From contig CAXXUA010000013.1 of the NCBI GenBank assembly GCA_963663765.2, positions 160,001 to 224,000 of the forward strand: 64,000 nt of DNA, in the 5' to 3' direction. Shown here piece by piece: positions 1 through 8,201 of the stretch. Below the pieces are notes generated by a model. It saw only the letters and a list, made by a program, of their open reading frames with translations, made no database searches and had not been told where the DNA came from. Every line of letters begins with the position of its first letter. Positions within the stretch are counted from its first letter, which is position 1. The position numbers and the translations under genes are program-made. This DNA comes from Candidatus Poribacteria bacterium (GTDB taxonomy: Bacteria > Poribacteria > WGA-4E > WGA-3G).

Positions 1-223
1 GCAGCGCGTTGGGGCATTTGCAGGCGTATGTCGTAGCAAGTAAAGAAATTTGATTAAAGGTGTGGAAATTTGAAAAATTAGACGATTTTCTACAAAAAAG
101 TTGTCCTTTTTTGTAACCGAGAAGATGGAACACACATTATGTAATAGTTGAAGATGTTTTGCGCGTGTAACATGTAGTTGTGGATAGATAGAAAGTTACA
201 CCAATGTCAAATATATTTTCTCA

Positions 224-268
224 CAGGATTGACGCATTCCCCTCGCTTGCGGGGGATAAAGGGGGGTA
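224..268. repeat. Degenerate IS701-type terminal repeat followed by CCCCTCGCTTGCGGGGG palindrome
   Basis: CAGGATTGACGCA (224-236) matches CAGGACTTACGCA (5703, 10525) at 11/13; related palindromic motif recurs at ~5450-5507 and ~7930-7963. Confidence 0.5.
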
Positions 269-471
269 AACCCTTGAATAACCGAGATATGAAAACCGCA
301 ATCCAACAAAGTGAACACGTCAGACACCTATTTCTTGAGCAGGCATTATCCACTTGTTAGGTTTCGTGAGCGTGTTTTAACTATCAGTTATCACCCACCC
401 CTATTTCACATTCGTTAATATTTATCAATACATAGTGCTATTGCAAGCATTCGTGTTTGCAGTATTTTCGT

Positions 472-497
472 GCCCGCATACTTCGTCGCGGGCTTTT
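472..497 (+). terminator. Intrinsic terminator-like hairpin
   Basis: GCCCGC-10 nt-GCGGGC followed by TTTT. Confidence 0.45.
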
Positions 498-585
498 GTT
501 GTTGCATTGGAGAATGTTTCAATGCTTGTTATTCTAAATACCAGTTATATGCTTGCAAATCAAACTTACAATGGGCAAAATATGC

Positions 586-614
586 TTGAAATTATTACAA
601 GGAGTAGATATAAT
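586..614 (+). promoter_or_regulatory. Sigma70-type promoter
   Basis: TTGAAA-17 nt-TATAAT. Confidence 0.5.
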
Positions 615-615
615 A

Positions 616-687
616 ATGGCAATTAAGATGTTGAGCATTGCTATCATTATGGTCCTAATTTTGGGAATCGGTGCAAGTGTAATATAA
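616..687 (+). CDS. Putative 23-aa hydrophobic small protein (MAIKMLSIAIIMVLILGIGASVI)
   Basis: AAGGAG at 599-604, ATG at 616, TAA at 685-687; one TM-like segment; below the ORF-track cutoff. Confidence 0.3.
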   Translation: MAIKMLSIAIIMVLILGIGASVI

Positions 688-712
688 CGCCCTGTCCACT
701 TAGGAAGAAAAA

Positions 713-1501
713 TTGATGTATAAAAAGTTAACGTGGGGACTTGGTGTCCTCATCGTCCTCTTTATTGGATTTATGTTTTATATTCAATATGATTACACAA
801 AATACAAAGAAGACCTTGAAGTATATCGTGAAAAACCGCAGGTAACAGAAAAAAAAGAAGGGGAACACGTTTTGCCCCCTCGTGAGCGGGAACACGTTTT
901 GCCCCCCCGTGAAATGTCGTCAAGTAGAATCAATGAGAAACCATCTTTGGCAAAAGAGAATTTAATTGAACCTCCTGACATAAATATAACTGATAGGACA
1001 CATGACATAATTACTGTAGAGCAGAAAACTGATTTTAAGGAAATAGAATCACCATTTGGATTTGGGGCATACCCTACAACACCAGATAATTTTCCGTTTG
1101 CTATAAGTTGGCAGCATCCTTCAAAGTTTATGCCAGAACATATTCGGTATCAAGCTGAATTGGTTGATAGAGTTTTAATGAAACTTTATGAAGAAGGCAA
1201 AGAAGTCCTCGGAGCAAAATGGTTTGATGGTAAAGTGTATCCACGGTACTCAAATACCTTTTACTATCGTTCAGAGATAACGCATAAAGGGGAGGACGTA
1301 AGAGTAATTAATAGGAAACGAATAGTAGCTCCTTATACTGCGGGAACTTCTCGTATTTTTGGTGATGGCAATGCACAATTACGATTGGAAATACTCAACG
1401 CAATAGAGGCTGATACACCTCTCCCCGCGGGGGTAACAGTTCTTGAGATAGATACTCATGGGATTGACCCTTTTGAATATTTAGGGATCCCACGACAATA
1501 A
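713..1501 (+). CDS. Membrane-anchored hypothetical protein
   Basis: 262-aa ORF, N-terminal TM (KKLTWGLGVLIVLFIGFMFY), SPFGFGAYP motif. Confidence 0.8.
   Translation: MMYKKLTWGLGVLIVLFIGFMFYIQYDYTKYKEDLEVYREKPQVTEKKEGEHVLPPREREHVLPPREMSSSRINEKPSLAKENLIEPPDINITDRTHDIITVEQKTDFKEIESPFGFGAYPTTPDNFPFAISWQHPSKFMPEHIRYQAELVDRVLMKLYEEGKEVLGAKWFDGKVYPRYSNTFYYRSEITHKGEDVRVINRKRIVAPYTAGTSRIFGDGNAQLRLEILNAIEADTPLPAGVTVLEIDTHGIDPFEYLGIPRQ
861..914 (+). repeat. 27-bp in-frame tandem duplication (EHVLPPRE x2)
   Basis: GGGAACACGTTTTGCCCCCTCGTGAGC / GGGAACACGTTTTGCCCCCCCGTGAAA. Confidence 0.9.
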
Positions 1502-1611
1502 GGGATATACGAACAAATTAGTTGTTTTTTTACCTAAATTTTGTAAATAGAGTCGTTAAACTCTATTTACAAATATAAGGAGAGTTTCATGCGTTTTTTG
1601 TTTTCGGTTTA

Positions 1612-2196
1612 ATGGCGATATGTTTGTGTAATTTTGTGTATTCGGATTGTGAAGTTGAGTGGTACGTCGATATTCAGTCAGAAGGATATCACGAAGAGTC
1701 TTTGGCAGATGCTTCCGCTCACAAACAAAGAATGAATTTAGGGGATGCAGAATCCCATTATAGAGTTCAGTATCAAAGTTTAGCCACTGTAGATCAATAT
1801 GCCCCAGCCTTTGAAGAATTGCCATATTATGGGTATTACGGGCTGAGATCTGAAATCGGACGACCTGCTAATGCTCAGGGACGTAATGGTTGGAAAACTG
1901 TTGATACTAAAGCTGACTATTACTATAATAACTTTACTAATGAAACGGCAAAAGCAGCTACAAACCTTTGGATTCCGAAAGTGGATGGGTGGGATCGAGA
2001 TGAATCAATAGATTTCTATGATGAATTTTACTATAAATACGCTTATGTTGAAATTTGGGCTTTCCGTTTAATAGACAAGCAACCAGTTATTACTTACCCA
2101 GATGGTACCGTAGCTTCGTATTTTTACACTATAAAATTCGACCATGACACCGATTCTTTTCATGAAGAGGGACGACCCATTGGCATAATGGCATAA
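1612..2196 (+). CDS. Hypothetical, probably secreted protein; true start likely ATG 1589, one base out of frame
   Basis: 194-aa ORF; RBS AAGGAG precedes ATG 1589, which is out of frame across a T6 tract. Confidence 0.7.
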   Translation: MAICLCNFVYSDCEVEWYVDIQSEGYHEESLADASAHKQRMNLGDAESHYRVQYQSLATVDQYAPAFEELPYYGYYGLRSEIGRPANAQGRNGWKTVDTKADYYYNNFTNETAKAATNLWIPKVDGWDRDESIDFYDEFYYKYAYVEIWAFRLIDKQPVITYPDGTVASYFYTIKFDHDTDSFHEEGRPIGIMA

Positions 2197-2240
2197 ATAA
2201 AGTTCCGCTTTCTCTTATAAGAAATCCCTTAACTTTTTGA

Positions 2241-2273
2241 GCAGGTATCCGTATTGGGTATCTGCCTATTTTT
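2241..2273 (+). terminator. Intrinsic terminator
   Basis: GCAGGTATCC-GTATT-GGGTATCTGC stem (G-U pairs allowed), then a T-rich tail. Confidence 0.65.
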
Positions 2274-2497
2274 ATTTTCCGACTTTTTACTAACCCTCTG
2301 ATTTTTTCAATCTGCTGTTAACTGTTCTTTTATCCCTTTTCTGACAAATTTCTGTTGATGTTTTTGGATTTCCTATCTGAAATTAAAGTATGTTTTAATT
2401 GGTTTCTTAAAAAATCTTATGTTACACTATATGTCGTTACAAAACGAATACGATTGCTTTGACACCATATACAACCTTTCATTTCAGGAGATTATTT

Positions 2498-3934
2498 ATG
2501 AAATGTCTGTGTCTGTCAGATTTTATATACAACAAACTTGTATTGACTTTACTCATACTTGTATCCCTTTGCTCAATAACAGCACAGGAAATTACAGCCG
2601 AAAAGGAAAATAATATGGAAGAAAATCGTATCAAAATCTATGCTGAAAACCCACGTTACTGGCAATACAAAGGTAAACCAATTCTACTCATTGGAGGTTC
2701 AGTTGAAGACAACTTATTTCAGATACCGAATCTTAGAGAACATCTGGAGTTGTTGCAGTCTGTAGGAGGCAACTATGTACGTTCAACAATGGGGTGGAAT
2801 GATGAAGGAAATATACCTCCTTTCAAAAAAGTAGGTGAGAAGTATGACTTAAATCAATGGAACGAGGAATTTTGGAACAATTTTCGGAACTTCATTAAGT
2901 GGACGCATGAGATGGACATTATCGTTCAAATTGAAGTCTGGGGAACCTTTACCTATTACCTGGAATCGTGGGATGAGAATCCGTTCAATCCAAGAAACAA
3001 CAGCAATTACACAGCTGAAGAAACAGGCTTACCAACTGTTGTAAATAGCCATCCTGTTGCAACAAAAAACAATTTCTTCTGGTCTGTCCCGAAAGAACGT
3101 AATCAAAAAACCGTTCTGAAATATCAGGAAAAGTTTGTGGATAAACTTCTTGCGGAGACATTACCTTACGGACATATACTCTACTGCATGGACAACGAGA
3201 CTGCCGTCACAGCTGCTTGGGGTGAATACTGGGCAACATACATACAGAAGAAAGCAAAGGAAGCAGGACGTGCCGTTGAAACAACTGAAATGTGGGACCC
3301 GTGGGACCTATCCGATAAGAAACACAAAGCCACTTTTGATCATCCTAAAACCTACTCCTTCTGCGATATATCGCAAAACAACCATCAAAAACGACAGCGG
3401 CATTGGGATAACGCACAGAAAATTCGCGCAAAACTCACCCCTATACGTCCCATCAATAACATTAAGATATACGGTGCAGATGGTGGACGCTTCGGTAGTA
3501 CGCGTGATGGTTTAGAACGATTTTGGAGAAACATTTTCGGTGGGTTTGCATCAGCACGGTTTCACCGTCCAGATAGCGGCGTTGGACTCACCGAAATCGC
3601 ACAAGCACATCTCAAAAGCATGCGAATGATCACGGATGAAATGAACGTGTTCAAATGTGAACCAAACAATAAACTACTCTCAAACAGAGAAGAAAATGAA
3701 GCTTATGCTTTCGCAACTCCTGGGAAAGAATACGCTATCTATTTCCCAAAAAGTGGTTCGGTAGATCTCGATCTGAGTGTTGACAAGAACACAGAAGCAA
3801 AAACAATAACTATGAGATGGCTAAATATCCGCAAAAGTCAATGGACACTGGAAAAAGAAATTCCATACAGTGATAGCATAACGTTATCACAACCTGCCAA
3901 TGCACATTGGGCAGTTCTGATTCAAGTAAAATGA
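2498..3934 (+). CDS. Secreted glycoside-hydrolase-like TIM-barrel protein (DUF6298/DUF4038-like) with C-terminal beta domain
   Basis: AGGAG RBS before ATG 2498; signal peptide; NPRYWQYKGKPILL, IIVQIEVW, YCMDNE, RFWRNIFGG; C-terminal YAIYFP...RWLN. Confidence 0.7.
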   Translation: MKCLCLSDFIYNKLVLTLLILVSLCSITAQEITAEKENNMEENRIKIYAENPRYWQYKGKPILLIGGSVEDNLFQIPNLREHLELLQSVGGNYVRSTMGWNDEGNIPPFKKVGEKYDLNQWNEEFWNNFRNFIKWTHEMDIIVQIEVWGTFTYYLESWDENPFNPRNNSNYTAEETGLPTVVNSHPVATKNNFFWSVPKERNQKTVLKYQEKFVDKLLAETLPYGHILYCMDNETAVTAAWGEYWATYIQKKAKEAGRAVETTEMWDPWDLSDKKHKATFDHPKTYSFCDISQNNHQKRQRHWDNAQKIRAKLTPIRPINNIKIYGADGGRFGSTRDGLERFWRNIFGGFASARFHRPDSGVGLTEIAQAHLKSMRMITDEMNVFKCEPNNKLLSNREENEAYAFATPGKEYAIYFPKSGSVDLDLSVDKNTEAKTITMRWLNIRKSQWTLEKEIPYSDSITLSQPANAHWAVLIQVK

Positions 3935-3962
3935 GACGTGTCCATAATTAAGAGGCAATCTT

Positions 3963-5393
3963 ATGAATAACATATGGCGACCATATTTTGTTATCAACAG
4001 ATTTGTGTTAGTTCTACTTATATTCATTTACTCAGGAGTAGCATGGGAGACCAAAGCCCATAAGGATACAGAGATGGAAAAAAACAGAATCCAGATTTAC
4101 AAAGAAAATCCGCGTTATTGGCAATATAAAAGCAAACCCGTTTTGCTAATCGGTGGTTCAGTTGATGACAATCTGTTTCAGATACCAAATCTCAAAGAGC
4201 ATCTTGAGCTGCTGAAGTCTGTCGGTGGAAACTATGTTAGGTCTACGATGGGATGGACAGAGCCAGGTGATGTACCTCCCTTCAAAAAAGTAGATGGAAT
4301 GTATGACTTAAATCAGTGGAACGATGAATTCTGGACGCGTTTTCGTAACTTCATCAAATGGACACACGAGATGGATATTATCGTCCAGATTGAGGTGTGG
4401 GCAACTTTCAACTACTATAGAGATTATTGGGATGTCAACCCTTTTAATCCTAAAAATAACAGCAATTACTCCGCGGAAGAGACAGCATTACCCACTGTCG
4501 TCAATAGCCACCCAAGTGCAGCGAAAAACAATTTTTTCTGGTCAGTCCCAAAAAAGCGCAATCAGAAAATTGTACTCAAATATCAGCAAAAATATGTGGA
4601 TAAACTTCTTGAGGAGACATTTCCTTATGGACATATACTCTACTGTATGGACAACGAAACTGCAGTTACACCTGCTTGGGGTGAATACTGGGCAACGTAT
4701 ATAAAGAATAAAGCAGCAGAAGTCGGACGTTCCGTTGAAACGACTGAGAGTTGGAATCCATGGGAAATAGACCATGAACAACATCGAAATACAAAGGAAC
4801 ATCCAGACATTTATTCATTTTGTGATATATCACAGAATAATATGCAGAAGCGGCAGACACATTGGGATCATGCGCAGAAATATCGGGCAGAACTTTCACC
4901 TATCCGTCCAATGAATAATGTTAAGATTTACGGTGCTGATACTGGGAAATACGGTACGACGCGAAATGGGTTGGAACGGTTCTGGCGAAATATATTTGGT
5001 GGACTTGCATCAGCGCGGTTCCACCGACCACCTAATGGACTCGGTTTAACCGAAACAGCACAAGCGTGTCTAAAGAGTATGAAAATGATCACGGTTGAAT
5101 TGAACGTGTTCAATTGTGAACCCAACAATAAACTACTCTCTAACAAAGAAGAGAATGAAGCTTATGTATTCGCGAATCCCGGAAATGAATACGCTGTTTA
5201 TTTTCCAAAAGGTGGTGCGGTAGATCTCGATCTGAGTGTTGACAAAAATACTGATGCGAAAACAATAAAAATGAGATGGCTAAACATCCGCAAAAGTAAA
5301 TGGACACTGGAGAAACAAATTCCATTCAGAGATATTATAACCTTATCACAACCATCAGATTCACATTGGGCAGTTCTGATTCAAGTAAAATGA
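3963..5393 (+). CDS. Tandem paralog of the preceding GH-like protein
   Basis: 476 aa, colinear and highly similar to 2498-3934; both end HWAVLIQVK. Confidence 0.7.
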   Translation: MNNIWRPYFVINRFVLVLLIFIYSGVAWETKAHKDTEMEKNRIQIYKENPRYWQYKSKPVLLIGGSVDDNLFQIPNLKEHLELLKSVGGNYVRSTMGWTEPGDVPPFKKVDGMYDLNQWNDEFWTRFRNFIKWTHEMDIIVQIEVWATFNYYRDYWDVNPFNPKNNSNYSAEETALPTVVNSHPSAAKNNFFWSVPKKRNQKIVLKYQQKYVDKLLEETFPYGHILYCMDNETAVTPAWGEYWATYIKNKAAEVGRSVETTESWNPWEIDHEQHRNTKEHPDIYSFCDISQNNMQKRQTHWDHAQKYRAELSPIRPMNNVKIYGADTGKYGTTRNGLERFWRNIFGGLASARFHRPPNGLGLTETAQACLKSMKMITVELNVFNCEPNNKLLSNKEENEAYVFANPGNEYAVYFPKGGAVDLDLSVDKNTDAKTIKMRWLNIRKSKWTLEKQIPFRDIITLSQPSDSHWAVLIQVK

Positions 5394-5702
5394 AGCTTAT
5401 AGTAATACCTAAGAATAAATATAGGACATACACAGTTCCTCATAAATTTCCTCGCTTGCTATTCTTAGCCTCGTTTGCGGGTGTTGGGGGATCGCGATAA
5501 AACGAGGTAGGATCGAATCGTTATAAGAACTTTTCTAATAGAAAATGGTAATAGTTTTTGGACATGAGAACCGAAAACTGAATGATTCTGAAATATCTTC
5601 ATTTTTCTTGGTTTATTTTGATGTTATAGAATAACTATAGTTCGGAAGTCTCGGAAGTCCTTACAAGATAAAATTGTCCAAATTATAGTATAGTAATACT
5701 AT

Positions 5703-6808
5703 CAGGACTTACGCACTATAATAGATTTGTGCTATACTATTCCATTATGATTACATTTACACTTTCCGAAAAGAAACAAAGTTTATATTCAGATTATTGT
5801 CAATTTTTGTTATCAAGTTTTACAAACTTTACATGAACCTATATGGCAGACCATACTAATAAGTAGAGCCACGATCAACTCAATCGGTTTCTGAGCGGTG
5901 AAAACATCCCCGCGAATGAACTTTGGAACTCGGTCAAAAACGACATTGAGTTTGATGATGATGGCTACATTGTTTTTGACGATGTTGTGCTACCTAAACC
6001 CTATGCGAAAGAGATTGAGGTCCTCCGTTCTCAGTGGAGTGGTAGCGACAAAAAAGTCGTTACAGGTATTGGTATTGTGACGTGTATCTATGTCAATCCA
6101 AAGACAGAAGAGTATTGGATTATTGATTACCGTATTTATGACAAAGATCATGATGGTAAAACCAAAATAGACCATTTACTGGAAATGTTGCACAACGCTT
6201 ACTCTAAAAAACAGCTACCGTTTCGGACGGTGCTAATGGATACTTGGTATGCCTCCATGAAAGTTATGAAAGCGATTGAAAAACTTTCTAAGATTTACTA
6301 CGTGCCCCTGAAACGAAATCGTCTTGTAAACGATACGGATGGCGAGCAACCGCACCAACAAGTCCAAGACCAATCTTGGACCCGGACAGAAATCCAGCGA
6401 GGGAAAAGCGTGCACATCAAGAAGTTTCCAAAAAGGTATCAAGTAAAGTTGTTCCGGATAGCCTCCTTCCGGATAGCCTCCTCTACCGGGCGCACGGAAC
6501 ATATTGCGACAAACGATTTATCTCAATCGGATGCGGATGCGACACACCAAGAATGCCGTGTGCGTTGGAAGAATGAACAACTTCATCGTGAGATCAAACA
6601 AGTCACGGGTATTGGCAAATGTCAATGTCGTCCGTTGCATGCCTAAAGAAATCATATCGCATGTTGTTTTCAAATATAGGTCTGTTTGAAATGTGTTGAG
6701 CGTAAACTTGGCAAATCAATTTATGAACTTAAACAAAGTTTATTGGATGATTATATGTGATATCAACTCTCAATTCCATCGATAATCTTTGAGACTGCGT
6801 AAGTCCTG
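5703..6808 (+). mobile_element. IS701-family element, decayed
   Basis: Perfect 13-bp TIR CAGGACTTACGCA (5703-5715) / TGCGTAAGTCCTG (6796-6808); flanks ACTAT/AGTAT match 4/5. Confidence 0.85.
5747..6802 (+). pseudogene. IS701-family transposase pseudogene
   Basis: One frame from ATG 5747 with DYCQFLL, SHDQLNRFL, IVFDD, LMDTWYA, RWKNEQLHREIKQ; several in-frame stops and a 15-bp duplication (FRIAS x2, 6452-6481). Confidence 0.9.
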
Positions 6809-6809
6809 A

Positions 6810-6991
6810 GTATATTGAAATTCACGTCTTCTGTCCTGCTTCTTAAGCCATCTTCCCATTGTTCCTACAGTAACGCGATTAAGCTACCTTGAAAAACTAT
6901 CGGGTCTTTTGATTTGTGTGATATTTTGTATTGCTTCATGAAGTGTTTCTTGCACAAGATCTTCAATATTTCCCCTGATGATTGAACTTAC
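6810..6991 (-). pseudogene. ECF sigma factor region 2 remnant
   Basis: Minus strand reads IEDLVQETLHEAIQNITQIKRPDSFSR*LNRV, the ECF EDLxQE...F..WL motif with the Trp codon turned to TAG. Confidence 0.65.
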
Positions 6992-7060
6992 TTACACAAA
7001 ATGAAATAAAAGTTAATAATCATATATATTTTGGTTATGTATAGACGCATTTTGTGTCTA

Positions 7061-7870
7061 AATGGTTCACTCTTTAAGTATTTGCGATATTTCTTCAATT
7101 GAAGTTCCATAGGGTTCTAACTTGTATCTTGGTTGCTCTTGTGGGTCTTTCTTCCACACGACCCACACCTCGTTTCCAAACTTCGCCCGGATACGTTTTA
7201 GCACTTATCGGTCCCATCTCATCAATACAGATAACACGCGTCTTAGGCGGCGGGGAACGATACGCCGCTATAACAGCCCCCTTTTTTCTACAAACTCTTC
7301 GTCTTGCTTCTCCGTTTTACGAAACCAACTTTGTTGACGCTTCCAACGCAATCCCTCTTCTTTTAGCCACTCCCAGATTGTTGAATCAGAAAGATGAATA
7401 CCTGTTCTTTCTTTAAATGCAGTTTGCAACCGGACGAGTGTCCACAATTCAAATGGATAACCGAGACTGCGCGGTTTTCGCAACGCTAAATCTATCAGTT
7501 GCCCCCGCACCTCATCTGAATGGATGCGTGGCTTACCACTTTTCGGTTTATCGGAAAGTCCCGGAATACCATCTTCATTGAAGCGTTTGACCCAGCACGC
7601 ACCGGAGTTGCTTGATTTGAAACCTACCTGTTGTGCGGCTTGGGTGGCTGTGAGTGTCTCGTCATCAAGCATGCTAACAATCAATTTCGCACGCTGCACC
7701 GTCCGAAACGGATGCGTGCGTGAACTCGCAAGTCTCCTCAATTCAGCGTTTTCTTCCTCATTGACCTCACGAATGTGATGTATTCGTTTTCCCATCTCAA
7801 TTCTCCTCTCCATTTATTGAATTCAAAAGATAGAAGAATTATACCATAATATCATGACGAGTCAACCACT
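7061..7870 (-). mobile_element. IS630-family internal-deletion derivative
   Basis: HTH ORF 7795-7268, slippery AAAAAAGGGGG, short DDE start (VICIDEMGP), then a jump to the C-terminal tail; TIRs AGTGGTTGACTC / AATGGTTCACTC. Confidence 0.8.
7268..7795 (-). CDS. IS630 transposase N-terminal HTH ORF (orfA)
   Basis: [43 protein letters not shown]...W; ends EKRGLL at the frameshift site. Confidence 0.85.
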   Translation of the reverse strand: MGKRIHHIREVNEEENAELRRLASSRTHPFRTVQRAKLIVSMLDDETLTATQAAQQVGFKSSNSGACWVKRFNEDGIPGLSDKPKSGKPRIHSDEVRGQLIDLALRKPRSLGYPFELWTLVRLQTAFKERTGIHLSDSTIWEWLKEEGLRWKRQQSWFRKTEKQDEEFVEKRGLL

Positions 7871-7871
7871 A

Positions 7872-8011
7872 AGTCATTTACTCGCTAAATATTTATTATA
7901 TATAGAACGGACAGAAAAAACCAAAATGTCCCTTCCATCGCTTGCAGGGGGATAAATGTGGGTGAATTTAGGGTGTCCAAAATACCAATATTAATTGCCG
8001 AGTAAACCACT
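7872..8011. mobile_element. MITE related to the adjacent IS630, carrying a CCxTCGCTTGCxGGGG palindromic repeat
   Basis: Ends AGTCATTTACTCGC / CCGAGTAAACCACT (11/14 inverted), similar to the IS630 TIR; TA on both sides. Confidence 0.55.
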
Positions 8012-8140
8012 AAATGCTATGTGTGCATAAATCTCATAAAAGATTACCTTAAAACTTTTTGGTTCGTTCAAATATTTTGCTCCGAAAAACTTTTCTCACA
8101 ATTAATAGCTCTGGACAACACACATGGTAAGGCAAATTTG

Positions 8141-8170
8141 TTGACAACCAACCTATTAAAAGGATATAAT
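8141..8170 (+). promoter_or_regulatory. Sigma70 promoter
   Basis: TTGACA-18 nt-TATAAT, 31 nt before ATG 8202. Confidence 0.75.
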
Positions 8171-8201
8171 CATGACAGAATAAAAAGAGAAACAGGAACG
8201 A

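Noticed and set aside
1-180. Possible gene or IS end at the window start
   Set aside because: Only very short frames and no recognisable motif or partner repeat within the window
5747-6802. Stop-codon read-through or alternative genetic code in the IS701 transposase
   Set aside because: The stops are a mix of TGA, TAG and TAA, and housekeeping genes use all three normally; this is ordinary decay
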